Both the position numbers and the translations under genes were made by a program. From the NCBI RefSeq assembly GCF_018350175.1, contig NC_058368.1:132000001-132064000 (forward strand): a stretch of 64,000 nt of DNA. The letters are read 5' to 3'. This DNA is from Felis catus. Its lineage: Eukaryota. Under the pieces are notes generated by a model, which saw only the letters and a list, made by a program, of their open reading frames with translations, was not told the origin of the DNA and ran no database searches. Below, piece after piece: positions 25,390-37,899 of this stretch (positions are counted from its first letter, which is position 1; each line of letters opens with the position of its first letter).

Positions 25390-26675
25390 TATGGACTTCA
25401 TGTCCCATCAATGACATGTCCAAAACTACACTCTCCTCTGCAGTTCCTAGCCATGCCTCCACCAGTCCCACTTCACCCATAGTGTTACTATCTCTGCTAA
25501 GGGCAATGCCATCTTTCCAGCTGCTCGGGCTAAATATTTGGATTCCTGTCTTTACCTCACTCCCCACATCCATTCTGTTATGACATTCTGTTGATGGTAC
25601 CTTCAAACTATATCCAGAATTTCACCATTATTTACTACTTCCCACTGCTACCACCAAGGTCAAAGGGACCATCAACTTGCACATGGACTACAAATACTAA
25701 CTAGTCTCCCTGCTTTACCCTTGTTTCCCTGTAATTTATTATTAACAGAGCAGCCAAGTGAAACTCTCTAAAAAGAAGTCATTTAGTTATACTTCTCTCC
25801 TCAAAACCCTTCAGTAGTTCCCTCACTTAATTCAGAGTAAAAACTCATATACCCATAAAAGCCTACAAGACTCCAGATAATTGCCACCCCTTCCCCTTAA
25901 CCTCTGACATCCTCTCTCACTACCCTCCCCATTGCTTACTCTGTGCCAGCCACACCAGCCTTCCAGCACTTCATCAAATGAGCTGGGTGTGGTCCACCTC
26001 AGGTGCTTGGTACTGAACGATCCCTCCACCTGAAACACTCTCCCCAAGATGTCCAAATGGCTATCTCCCTCAGCTCCATCAAGTCTGCTCAAATGGCACT
26101 TTCTCAAGAAGGCCTATAGTAACTGCTCTACTTTCAAATTGCAACCCATCTCCTCCCCATATGCTCAATCTTTCCAAATCTCTGTCTCCCATTATATTCA
26201 ATAATACTATGAACACCTAAGCACTCTGCCTTACTAATATGCTTAACCCTTTTTTTTTTTTATGTTTATTTTTGGAAGAGAGAGTGCACATGCACACAAG
26301 CGGCTAGGGGCAGAGAGAGAGGGAGACAGAGGGTCCGAAGCAGGCTCTATGCTGATAGCACAGAGCCCACAGAGGGTCCAAACCCAAACCGTGAGACCAT
26401 GACCTGAGCCAAAGTATGATGCTTAACCAAATGAGCCACCCAGGCACCCCCAATGTATTCAACTCTTACAAACAACCTATGTAGCAGAGGCCCTTATTAT
26501 CATTTTACAGAAGAGGAAACTGTGCCTTAGAGAGGTCACTCACTGACTTATTATCAGCCATCTCCTATCCTAGAGGGTCCTCCATGAGGACAAGAATTTT
26601 TTTCAGTTTACTTTACTATTGTTCTAGTGCCTAGAACCATGCCTAACAAATAGTAGATACTTAATAAATACTTGT
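25390..26675 (+). mobile_element. L2 3' region, with a nested Can-SINE (26249-26451, -) and a MIR fragment (~26455-26540)
   Basis: L2 motifs (acagagcagccaagtga; ctccatgaggacaag; gtgcctagaaccatgcctaacaaatagtagatacttaataaatacttgttga). Confidence 0.75.
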
Positions 26676-26679
26676 TGAT

Positions 26680-27151
26680 GGGGTGCCTCAGTGGCTCAGT
26701 TGGTTAGCTGTCCAACTTCAACTCAGTTCATGATCCTGCAGTCAGTGAGTTCAAGCCCCGCATCAGGCTCTGTGCTGACAGCTCAGAGCCTGGAGCCTGC
26801 TTCAGATTCTGTGTCTCTCACTCTCTCTCTGCCCCTCCCTAATTCGTGCTCTGTCTCTCTCTCAAAAATAAGCAAACATTTAAAAAAGTTTTAATAAAAA
26901 TAAACAATACTTGGGGCGCCTGGGTGGCGCAGTCGGTTAAGCGTCCGACTTCAGCTCAGGTCACGATCTCGCGGTCCGTGAGTTCAAGCCCCACGTGGGG
27001 CTCTGGGCTGATGGCTCAGAGCCTGGAGCCTGCTTCCGATTCTGTATCTCCTTCTCTCTCTGCCCCTCCCCGCTTCATGCTCTGTCTCCCTCTGTCTCAA
27101 AAATAAATAAATGTTAAAAAAATATATATATATATAAAATAAAAATAAAAA
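26680..27151 (+). mobile_element. Older Can-SINE (26680-26900) followed by a younger Can-SINE (26913-27151)
   Basis: The younger copy has TSD AAACAATACTT(G) at 26902 and 27152. The older copy's TSD aatacttgttga is at 26667 and 27156. Confidence 0.92.
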
Positions 27152-27482
27152 AAACAATACTTGTTGAATGAATAAATCAACCAAGTACCTTTTAAAAAGT
27201 ATACAACATTATTCCACATTTTATAATTTAAGATCGCCATCATTTCACAGAGTTAGAACATTTTTACATTAAAAATAAATGAATGATTCAACCTCATCTC
27301 AGGGACAGCTCTAACATTTGAATAAATTTAGCTTTAGGAAACCTATTATATTATCTTTTTCTCCTTTTAACACAAGACACTTTATCACAGATGGGCACTG
27401 ATCCACAGACCAATTTTGGGGAACCACTGGTGTGTAGGGAAACACATTTCTACCCATATCCCTTGAGCACCTGCTCTTTAAC

Positions 27483-27676
27483 TTTTATTTTTTACTTGTT
27501 TATTTTAGAGAAAGAGAGAGAGCACACATGAGCAGGGGAGAGCAGCAGAGGAAGAGAGAGAATCTTAAGTAGGCACAGAGCCAGATGCAGGCTCAATCTC
27601 ACAACCGTGGGATCATGACCTGAGTCAAAATCAAGAGTCGGACACTCAATCAATCGACTGAGCCACCCAGGAGCCC
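27483..27676 (-). mobile_element. Can-SINE (older subfamily)
   Basis: Reverse body; flanking tgag(c/t)acctg(c/t)tctt near-TSD. Confidence 0.85.
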
Positions 27677-27929
27677 TGAGTACCTGTTCTTCATAGAAAG
27701 CAATATTCTAACTCCTGAGACTAGAAAGAACTGAGGGCTAACACATAATATGTAGAAAGTAAGGCTATAAGGTTTCAGACCAGCAAGTGATTTAATGGGT
27801 AAATGGTATAACTTCCTAATATGTTTTCTTTTCTCTCACATGGGAACAATAACAGCTGCCTTTCCTACCTAGCTGTCACAGTAAGAAAGAATAGACACAA
27901 AAACCAAGCTCTTACAAAACTTATAATGA

Positions 27930-28185
27930 TAAGAGCAAAAATTTAACGGATAGTTTATGCCAGAGACACCCTTCTAAGCACTTTATCTTGAGTAACTCTT
28001 TCAATCCTTATAAACAACTCTATGAAGTACGCTCTATTATTATCTCCAATTTACAAATGCGGAGGATATCTGAGGCTTAGAGAAGTTAAATGATTTGTCC
28101 AGGTTACACAGTAAGTAGAGGAGCTAGAATTAAAAATAAGATTGACTCCCAGAATTTCTGCTCTTGGTCAAGCCACCATGCCTCT
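27930..28185 (-). mobile_element. MIR
   Basis: ctattattatctccaatttacaaatgcgga...tgaggcttagagaagttaaatgatttgtccaggttacacag core. Confidence 0.8.
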
Positions 28186-28509
28186 CACTACACAAGCCAG
28201 ACTGTTTTACAGTATACCTTCTATTTGCCTATAGAGTTTATAATCTAGGGAGGCAAAGGGGGAAGACAAGACCCAAAAATTAAAACACAGAACACAATGA
28301 TTTGACCTGAAACAAATTATATATGTAAAAACTAAGTGGATGCTAGAATGAACCAGGATTTAAGTTTGGTGGCATTAATCTAGAACTGCTTCATGACAGA
28401 CAATTTTGACCATAATATGGAAGGAAAGGGGAACATGGCATCGAGAAGACAGGTCATGTTTCTGGTGGAGAGGACATTGTGCAGACAAGCTATTAAGATA
28501 AATGTAGGA

Positions 28510-28704
28510 GACAGCAATGTGTCTACATAATGCCAAAACATCTGGTCAATTCAGTTAAAAAAAATTTTCTATCAATGTAGTGAATTTCTTCAGTCAATCC
28601 AGATGTTTGGCATCTTGTAGACAAAACATCCAGATGATTAACTGAAGATCTGACAGAGTTGACTGGATTAACCAGATGTTATAGCATTGTATAGACATGG
28701 TGTC
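28510..28704. mobile_element. Palindromic MITE-like element (unclassified)
   Basis: 40-bp inverted arms at 28519-28558 and 28659-28698 (32/40 match), plus an internal inverted pair at 28587-28599 and 28636-28648 (12/13). Confidence 0.6.
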
Positions 28705-29544
28705 AGGACGTTTGCTTGGCTGGAGTGGAGTCCAGCTGTAAAGGAGATAATGGCCCAGGCAACGAGAGGGGGCTTTGGAGCAGAGAACCTGGAGCTTAGA
28801 TTTGATGCAACTGGGAGCTGCTGGAGGAGGAGTGTGATGGAAATGATGCTTCAGGAAGAGGATTCTAACAACCCTGAAAAAAAAAAATGGTGAGAGGAAA
28901 AGTTGTAGACAGGAAAGAGGATGTTAGGAGAGTGCAGGTGTGTGTGAGGTAATTAGAGCCTGGATCAGAATCAGGCTTGGGAAAGCAACAGGAAGGAGTG
29001 GATCTGAAAAACATTACAGAAAAAGAACAGGAAGTCATGATGGGCTAGACAAGGGAGTGAAACTGCACATCACCCTAAGGTTGGAAGCGCGGAGGCCTGG
29101 GAAAGCAGCTGCCTTCAGCCTCACCACAGTAGTAAAGTGAGAGGGGATCCCCAAGAGACCCCTCCCCCTCCCCTCAACCGCCCACTCAGAGGCCACAGCC
29201 AGGACCATGGGCAGAGGGTACATGAACCACAGACACATCTCTCCTTTATGAGCCACCTACATTGCCTTCTCGTCAAGCCCAATTTCATGAAAGGATTGAG
29301 AAGGCTGGATTCAGGTTGTCAGGTAGACAAAACTTCAGTGAAAAATCCAAAAAGATGGTATTTTAATGGCATTTGCTTTTATACAGCATATAATGTAAAC
29401 TTTAGGTATACAAAGGTATGAGTAAATTAGATGAAATGAGATTGTGAGAAATTACACAATACATACATTACTTGACAGATTGGCATTATAAAAGCCTGTT
29501 AACAGGCATGAATTATGGCTGAATCCAAAAAGTTACAATATATT

Positions 29545-29759
29545 TTTAAAAATTTTTTTTAACATTTATTTATTTTTGAGAGACAGAGACTGAGCACAAG
29601 AAACGGAGGGGCAGAGATAGGGAGTCACAGAATCTGAAGCAGTATCCAGGCTCTGGGCTGTCAGCACAGAGCCCAACGCATGGCTCGAACCCATGAATGG
29701 TGAGATCATGACCTGAGCTGAAGTCAGACGCCTAACTGACTGAACCACCCAGGCGCCCC
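29545..29759 (-). mobile_element. Can-SINE
   Basis: Reverse body ending ccacccaggcgcccc; TSD acaatatat. Confidence 0.92.
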
Positions 29760-31632
29760 ACAATATATATTTTTTAAATCCTTAATTTATGAAACCTTGG
29801 AATGTTTAGCTCTTGGTTTAGATATTTTGTAGATTTTTAAAAATTCCAACTATCTTATTTGATCAGAATCAAGTTTATCTTACAAATTCCAATCTATTAG
29901 ATTCAAACTATGCTAGTTGTATAATAGTGTGCTCACGCATATTAAAAAAATATTCTAAATATCTATGCAATTCATGGTTTTACAAATTTGCAGTTTCAAA
30001 TATTTACAGCCCCAGGCTTATCAGCCTACACAGCTAGTTGTATGCCCTTTACAAACACACCCAGGTTTTCTTCAACTACTTCCTTGTTCATTTCAAAAGA
30101 GAAAGAGCCTTGAACAGAAGTTAATCTCTCCTTGTTCATGGTTTGGTACAAAATTGAGATTCAATCTCTGTCTATCTCTCCCTCTCTTTCCTCCCCCTCC
30201 TCCAACCAGAGGAATAACACAGAATGTAAGATCATAAATATATTAATGTGTTTCAAAATCACCCTAGAGGAGGCAGAAGGTTCAGGAAACTTGTTAAAAT
30301 CAGTTTCCCAGGCCTCAGAAATGACAAGTCCATTGATCTGGGATAGGAGCCTAAGAAGCTGTTGTTTTTTCTTTGATTTTTAACAATTTCTCCCAACCAA
30401 TTCTGATGCCTATTTTCTGAAAATTGGACTTAGACATGCTGCCTTAAAGGGGAAAGCTAGAAAATGAAAACCATCTATTGGACATGTGACTATAAAATGA
30501 TGAAACAGATTTAATTTTCTTTTCTTAACCCAAAAAATCACAACCCCTCATTATTCCTTCATGTAATAAGCTCCTAGGTAAATCCACTGTGTTCTCTGAT
30601 ATGCGGAATTTTCCAAGGAAACAGCATCAAGTCAAATACACCTATGCAATCAGCGTGAGTAGTAGCAGGACAACACTTCCCACTACAGCCCTTCCTGAAC
30701 ACAATGTTTACCTGATAGGTAATCATAACAAATGATCTTGGTAAATCTCTCTAGTTCTCCAAGGCTAAGTGAGTCATTTATTTATCACACAGAAAAAAGC
30801 AGTTGAGTTCACTGAAACGATGGGTGATTTATCCAGGTATTTGAGTATAACCTTCCCACAGCCATCATTTCATAAAACCTTGAAATTAGTAGATAGCTAA
30901 CTAGTTATTCAAAAAGTTCATCAGTGAAATGTGCCCCATCATAACATCAAGATTAGAGTGTTTCTTCTTTACATATCCTCTGTTAGGTGCCTCTTTTTTG
31001 GCAGCACTGACTATACTACAATACAAGAAAGATAAGTGGATTTATTTGTGTTTGTTTGTTTCTTTATTTTGAGCTCCATCAACTCATTCTCTTAATATTC
31101 TTCCAAGGATATAGGAAAGAAAATAAATTGGGACAATTTTGTTAGAGGCCCTCATTACCTAAGGTGTCACAATTGAAAGTCAAATTCACTATTTATGTTT
31201 CAAATGATGCTTTTGAAACACAATGAGGATTTCACATGTAAGCCAAGTGGTTTTGACTTGAGTAGTGATTCTTTCCCACTTACCCATTCTCCTGCCACTT
31301 TCAAATCTCATCTAGCAACCACAGAAAACGATCTCATGCCCAAGTGGGAGGGAGTTAGGAAATGACAGGATTGCAGAAGAAAACCCTTACAAATTTTCAA
31401 AACATAGAATGTACTTGCATTTTGATACAGGTTAAAACAGAAAGATTCATTTCCAGGATCTCCTACTTGTCACCCGCATAAACATATTAACCTTCAATGC
31501 CTACATCTTAACCACAGTATTGAGAAGGGTAAAAAAATAAACATATTCTCTCTAGAGTATTTCATTGATTCTATAGCTTTGCCATGATTTATAGCATTGA
31601 AATGTCTTTTGAGCACTATGCTTTTTTTTCCT

Positions 31633-31890
31633 CAGGGCCATTACTAGTCCATAGGGTGCCTTTGTGTGAATTAGAAAGAGGCATCCATTCCCCAAGACAT
31701 TTTACTTCCATATGTCATGAAATTGAAATAATATACTGATTTTGTTTGAAAAAGACACTTCACCACATCTGCAAGAAAAACTAAGATAACAAATATCAAA
31801 TCTATGTTGCTGGCCATGGAAATCATGTCCCCTTAGTCATGGTACCCTTGAGCAATGATCAAAATGGCACAACTGTGAGGAACAGCTAGT
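31633..31890. mobile_element. MER91-like (hAT-Tip100) relic
   Basis: cagggccattactagtccatagggtgcctttgtgtgaattagaaagaggcatcc resembles my recall of the MER91 5' end. Confidence 0.5.
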
Positions 31891-32053
31891 CCTTCTCTCC
31901 CTTTGCTTTCAGACTTCTCCATTTGCTAGCCAGCTCAGATGCTCCTGAGTCCTACTGAAACTCTAGTAAATTGCTCTCTCAAAGATCACTCATGATAATC
32001 TTCCTGTCAAATTCAAATTCAAATCTACCTTCTTGGAATTCTCTCCTCCCACT

Positions 32054-32061
32054 TTTTTTTT

Positions 32062-32107
<46 letters not shown>

Positions 32108-33911
32108 TATACACGTGTATATATATATACGTATATATATGTGTATATATATATACATATATATACACACATATATACGTATATATATATACACATATAT
32201 ACGTACATATATGTATATATATGTATATATACATATATATGTGTGTATATATATATACACATGTATATACATATACATATATATACATATACATGTATAT
32301 ACATATACATATATATACATATATATGTATATAGATACATATATATACACATATATATATACACATGTATATATATATACATATACATATATATACACAC
32401 ATATATATATACATATACATATACATATATATGTATACATACATATGTATACATACATATGTATACATACACATGTATATATATATACACATACATATAT
32501 ATACACATACATATATATACACATGTATATACATATATATACATATACATGTATATACATATACATATATATACATATATATGTATATAGATACATATAT
32601 ATACACATATATATATACACACATATATATATACACATATATATATGTGTATATATATATGTATATGTGTATACATATATACATATATACACATATATGT
32701 ATATATATATACATATATATACACACATATATATATACACATATATATATATACATATATATATGTGTGTATATATATATATATATATTTTTTTTTTAAA
32801 TTTACACCCAAGTTAGCACACAGTGCAATAATGATTTCAGGAGTAGATTCCAGTGATCCATCCCCTATGTATAACACCTAGTGCTCATCCCAACAAGTGT
32901 CTTCCTTAATGCCCCTTGCCCATTTAGCCCATCCCCCCACCCACAACCCCTCCAGCAGCCCTCAGTTTATTCTCTGTATTTAAGAGTCTCTTATGCTTTG
33001 TCCCCCTCCCTGTTTTTATATTATTTTTGTTCATGTTTTGAACAAAATGTTCATGTTTTGTATCTTAAATTCCACATATAAGTGAAGTCCTATTTATCTT
33101 TCTCTGACTTACTACTCTCACTTAGCATAATACACTCTAGTTCCATCCACATTGTTGCAAATGGCAAGATTTCATTCTTTTTGATTGCCGAGTAATACTC
33201 CATTGTATAGATATACCACTTCTTCTTTATCCATTCATCTGTCAATGGACATTTGGGTTCTTTCCATATTTTGGCTATTGTCAATAGCACTGCTATAAAC
33301 ATTGGGGTGCATGTGCCCCTCTGAAACAGCACACCTGTATCCTTTGGATAAATACCTAATAGGGCAATTGCTGGGTGGTAGGGTAGTTCTATTTTTAATT
33401 TTTTCAGGAACCTCCATACCATTTTCCAGAGTGGCTGAACCAGTTTGTATTCCTACCAGCAGCACAAAAGCGTTCCTCTTTCTCTGCATCCTCGCCAGCA
33501 TCTATCATTGCCTGAGTTTTTAATTTTAGCCATTCTGACAGCTGTGAGGTGGTTTTGATTTGTATTTCTCTGATGATGAGTGATGTTGAGCATCTTTTCA
33601 TATGTCCTTTAGTCATCTGGATGTCTTCTTTAGAAAAGTGTCTATTCACGTCTTTTGCCCATTTCTTCACTGGATTACTTGGTTTTTGGGTGTTGAATTT
33701 GATAAATTCTTCATAGATTTTGGATACTAGCCCTTTATGTGATATGTCATCTGCAAATATCTTCTCCCATTCCAGTCGGGTACCTTTTAGTTTTATTTCC
33801 TTCTCTGTGCAGAAGCTTTTTATCTTGATGAGGTCCCAATAGTTCATTTTTGCTTTTGTTTCCCTTGTCTCCAGAGACGTGTTGAGTAAGAAGTTGCTGT
33901 GGATAAGGTCA
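32054..33911 (-). mobile_element. 5'-truncated carnivore LINE-1 (ORF2 C-terminus, 3' UTR and expanded tail)
   Basis: Minus-strand ORFs 33404-33847 and 33090-33422 encode broken L1 ORF2p C-terminal sequence ([46 protein letters not shown]). TSD CTCTCCTCCCACT 32041-32053 / CTGTCCTCCCACT 33912-33924. Confidence 0.92.
32066..32788. repeat. ~720-bp compound (TA)n/(CA)n/(TG)n microsatellite array
   Basis: Directly visible. It generates all the Y/I/C/V/H/T-rich ORFs at 32.0-32.9 kb. Confidence 0.98.
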
Positions 33912-35819
33912 CTGTCCTCCCACTCTTAATCCTGATTTCTCTTTCTCCCTTTCCTAGTAGCAATTCTTGTTCTGCTCCTGTTTTCTGTGGGCTCTGTTCT
34001 AAGCCTCTAATTCTGAGGAATCTTGTCAATTCTCCCTGAGCTAAAATGGCCTTTGGAGCTAAGGTATTTTGCAGGTGGAAGCTAAAAGGGCTGCCTATCC
34101 AATACAACTTAGCCTGTACCCCTTCCCTGTTTCCCAGGGCAAATATTCCAGTAAATGCTTGTCTTCCTGTAAAATGTGGGGCACAGGCCTCTAGATTCAG
34201 TGACAAGACAATCATCCGTGACTTGAACCATGTGATATTCCATCGCATCTGCAGAGCCCCATGGCTTGTTCAGGAGAAGGATCTGGAATTTCAGACTCTA
34301 TAGTAACTAAAAAGACTTCTGCGTATCACTGTCCAGGGCCACAGCCCTCTGCTTCTGGCCTCCAACCTTCCACAACATTCTGAGGAAGATGGTTCCTCAT
34401 CAAGCCTATAATTCAATAGCCACCCAGTATGGTGAGGAACAAAGGTATTCTTCACAGCCCTGTAAGCTCTATGAGTAACGGAAGTGTCTCTCCACTGGCT
34501 AGTGATATTCTCAAGTTTAAGAATGAGATCTTCATGACTTACTGGGCTTAGGGAAGATCATGTTCCTGGATGACATTCTGATATGGTCCATGACCTGCCT
34601 TCAGCTCCTGGGTGAACTCTTCCCTAATGCAAAATGTAGGAAAAGTATTTATTGCCTCTCTTCAAAGACAACCTCCTCTAACAAGGGTTAGTAATATGCT
34701 AGAATGGTAAACATACCCCTTTCTCTCTCCCCTCTCTTCTCTCTTTCTCCCTCCTTTAAATATCCAGGACAATGCTTCCTGAACTTACTGGCTTTTTTTC
34801 CCTGACAATCCCATAAAGAACCACTTGAAGAGACAGCCATTTCAAAATCCATGGTGGCCAAAGTCTTCCAGCACCTGAATGCCAGTTTCCTTTGCCTTGT
34901 ATCCCACATTATCCTTACTCTTTGTGAGTAAAATATATCCCACTGATGGCGGGAGGGGAGGATGTTTTGTTTTTCTACAAGTGCACCTTTTCTCTAACCA
35001 TCTTACACGCTGAAAACGAAGTAAACATTGAAATAAAAATGTTAAAGCACCTTCAAGAACTAAGCAGGGTTTTTTTCCCCCTTCTCAGCCAATATGATGG
35101 GGGGTGGGGAAGATTTGACATTTCCATTGCAGTCTAAAATTATAATAGGGCTAAAAAAATAACCTTGGTGGTCACTGGCCTGACATGAGTCTGGTTAAAC
35201 CTTAAGGAAACTCTTCCAAGATAGGAATTAGATGCTTCAAAATTTGTTGGAATGTGGTCAACAGAAAAATAAAAATTTAAAACCTGGTTTACTTGCCTGA
35301 AGGACCTCCATGAGGTAGACTCTACACAGGAAACAATTCCATCTTCCAGAGTGAATATTCACTCATTTTCTTTTCCAGCCAGGAGTTTGTAAGAAGCCAG
35401 CAGGCAATGCAGTCATGTAGTAATGTCCTTCCCACTGCCAAGATGGATTAATGCTGGGAGAGCTTACAACTGGTGAGTAATCAGTAGTGCTTGCAGACCC
35501 TCCAAGATCCCCAAGGTGTGATTATTTTCATACGTAGATTTCTGTCATCATCCTCCAAAGGGTGCTTTGTCATTTCCTTTAGTCTTCCCTCACTGGACTC
35601 TCAAGCCCATGTTACAAGGACGACATATTTTCCAAGTCATTGACAATCTTCTACTCAAACCATGTTGGTGAGCACTTTAGAGACAGTGCTAAAATGTGAA
35701 AGCTACATTAACAAAGTACTACTAGGTTTGGGTTTTTTGTTTTGTTTTTTGGTTTTTGTTTGTTTTTTTTTTCATGATTCTGGAAAGGTATGAATAATTG
35801 TTTATTAAAACAAGATTTA

Positions 35820-36030
35820 GGTGGCACCTGTGTGGCTCAGTTGGTTGAGTGTCCGATTTTGGCTCAGGTCATGATCTCACGGTTTGCGAATTCAAGCCCA
35901 GCACTGGGCTCACTGCTGTTAGCAGAGTCTGCTTTGGATCCTCTGTCCCCCTCTCTCTCCACCCTTCCCCAGCTCATGCTCTCTCTCTCCCTCAAAAATA
36001 AATAAAACATTAAAAATATAATAAAATAAA
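35820..36030 (+). mobile_element. Can-SINE
   Basis: ggcacctgtgtggctcagttggttgag head, CT tract and A tail. Confidence 0.9.
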
Positions 36031-36339
36031 ATTTAGAACCTAACTATCCTCCAGGCTCACTGATTTGGTTTATTATGTGCCTACCTAATCTTCAGGTGGA
36101 TATAAAGGTGTCATGGACCTACTATAATCTCAGATTATGAATAACCACATTGAAACAACAATCCTACCTCTGTAAGATGTGAGTTTTCAAATTAATTGCT
36201 CTCTGCGTATTTTAGCATTTACAGCCATTCATTCTTAAGTTTCTCTTAACCACCATCCCACTCTTTGACTTGTGTTCAGCTCCACTCTGGTGGGACTAAC
36301 CAGGCCGCTGAAATGGGAAGTCTTACATCAAAAGAACTC

Positions 36340-36570
36340 ACATTCTGGAGTCAAATGGCCATATGTTCAAGTTCTGTCTCTGCCAGCACCTAGCTGGGAA
36401 TCCTTAGATGATGCACCTAAACTCTGTGAGCTTTGGTTTCCTCATCTATAAGTTGGACATACGGTTTACCTCAAAGGGATTATAAGAGCCCATTCTTGTA
36501 AAGTGTTTTGCACAGTGCTCAATAAGTGCTAATCCCGATAGCATTTGTGTTAGTAATAATTATTATTAAT
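36340..36570 (+). mobile_element. MIR
   Basis: tctggagtcaaat...ctctgtgagctttggtttcctcatctataa...tgctcaataagtg. Confidence 0.75.
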
Positions 36571-37735
36571 ATTATTGTTACCTCCTTCAATCAAAACTTA
36601 CCTAGTTTAGAATCTTTGTCTAATAGTAAGTTTTAGACTCCGGTAGGCTCTAAGTTACAGCTCCTCCCTGCTGGTGGAGCTGGCAATGAGGTCGGTGGAG
36701 GCTCAGGAGAACTGTACAGCTATTCTGGAATCTCCTGTTACTATTCCTTTCCACTGGTGGTTCCTTGACCTGAGCCTAATACCCTTCCCCAGGGCTTAGG
36801 AATCTGCAAGTCTTTGATTCCTACCTAGTCACTCAGAAGGTGGGTACTTCTGTCTGTCCTCTTCCCAGACCCCTTCACCTCTGAGCCCCAAGTCTTAAGG
36901 TCATATCCAACAGTAAGGGTATAATTTTGGCAAACTGGGCCAAACGTGTCTCTAGACCCTCATAAGTTCTGATCAGCAACTCCAACCCCAGACACACTGT
37001 ATTGCCTAAGCTGAGTGATGCCCCTGATTCACAGTAGCCCTAGCCATAAACCAGCAGGCCCTGCCTTTGCTGATGTCAGAATCACCCAAGGGTTTTGAAA
37101 AACACAGATGTCTGCCCCACTCCCTACCCTGGAAGTCTGTATTTTTAAGGTGTCTGGGTGATTCTGATGATAACCCCAGTTTGAGAAGCTCTCATTTTAA
37201 CAACTACCAAACATGCTGATCTGTTCTCCCCATGTCTTGGAACTGGGTTATCTTTTCTGAACTATATAAACCTGATGCTGTTTCCCCTAAACCCAGTTTG
37301 TTGTTGGTTCTGGTGACTATGAACTCCAACAAGGTCATAGGAACTTAAGCTGCTGATTATGGCTTAGGAACCTTCCTCCGCATCCCAGTCCCTTGGGCCC
37401 AAGAAACAGAAAAGATCTCATATTTGAGTCAAAGAGAGAGCACCAGGGTTGTAGAATCAGTAGCAGCTAGTGTGGAACAAGGGATGTGAGTTCAAAAGAT
37501 TTAAAGGCCTGTGACTCCGACAGTGATCAAAAGAAGATAAAGCGCCCTTCCCCTTGCCAAGCCAATCTAACATGATATAGCACAAGTGTACTGGTGAAGA
37601 TCATAAAACAAGCCTAGTGAGACCTTTGTTTTCTAACAGTAAGTAAAAAGGGAAAGAAAATATAAAGATTGTGACTTGAAGTGATTAAAACAAATCAGGA
37701 GGGCAATTTGTGTTTGTGGGTATTTGGCGTGCGGC

Positions 37736-37758
37736 GGGGGGGGGGGGGGGGGGGGGGG
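37736..37758 (+). repeat. Poly-G run (23 G)
   Basis: Directly visible. Confidence 0.9.
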
Positions 37759-37899
37759 AGGGAGGGTGTGTGTACCAGTTGCACATACCTGGACCAGAAC
37801 TCCAGCTTTATTTCCATTCGCCTCCAGGTGCCAGGTACTTTCTTACACCCTGCCCACTGGCGTGGCTGGCTGTTTAACACGTGCCTAATAAACCAGACA

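Noticed and set aside
32025..32881. Several long ORFs (144-270 aa) on both strands
   Set aside because: They are translations of the TA/CA microsatellite, which lacks stop codons, so they are not genes.
33090..33847. L1 ORF2-like ORFs as an active element or domesticated gene
   Set aside because: 5'-truncated and frameshifted, with no endonuclease or RT core.
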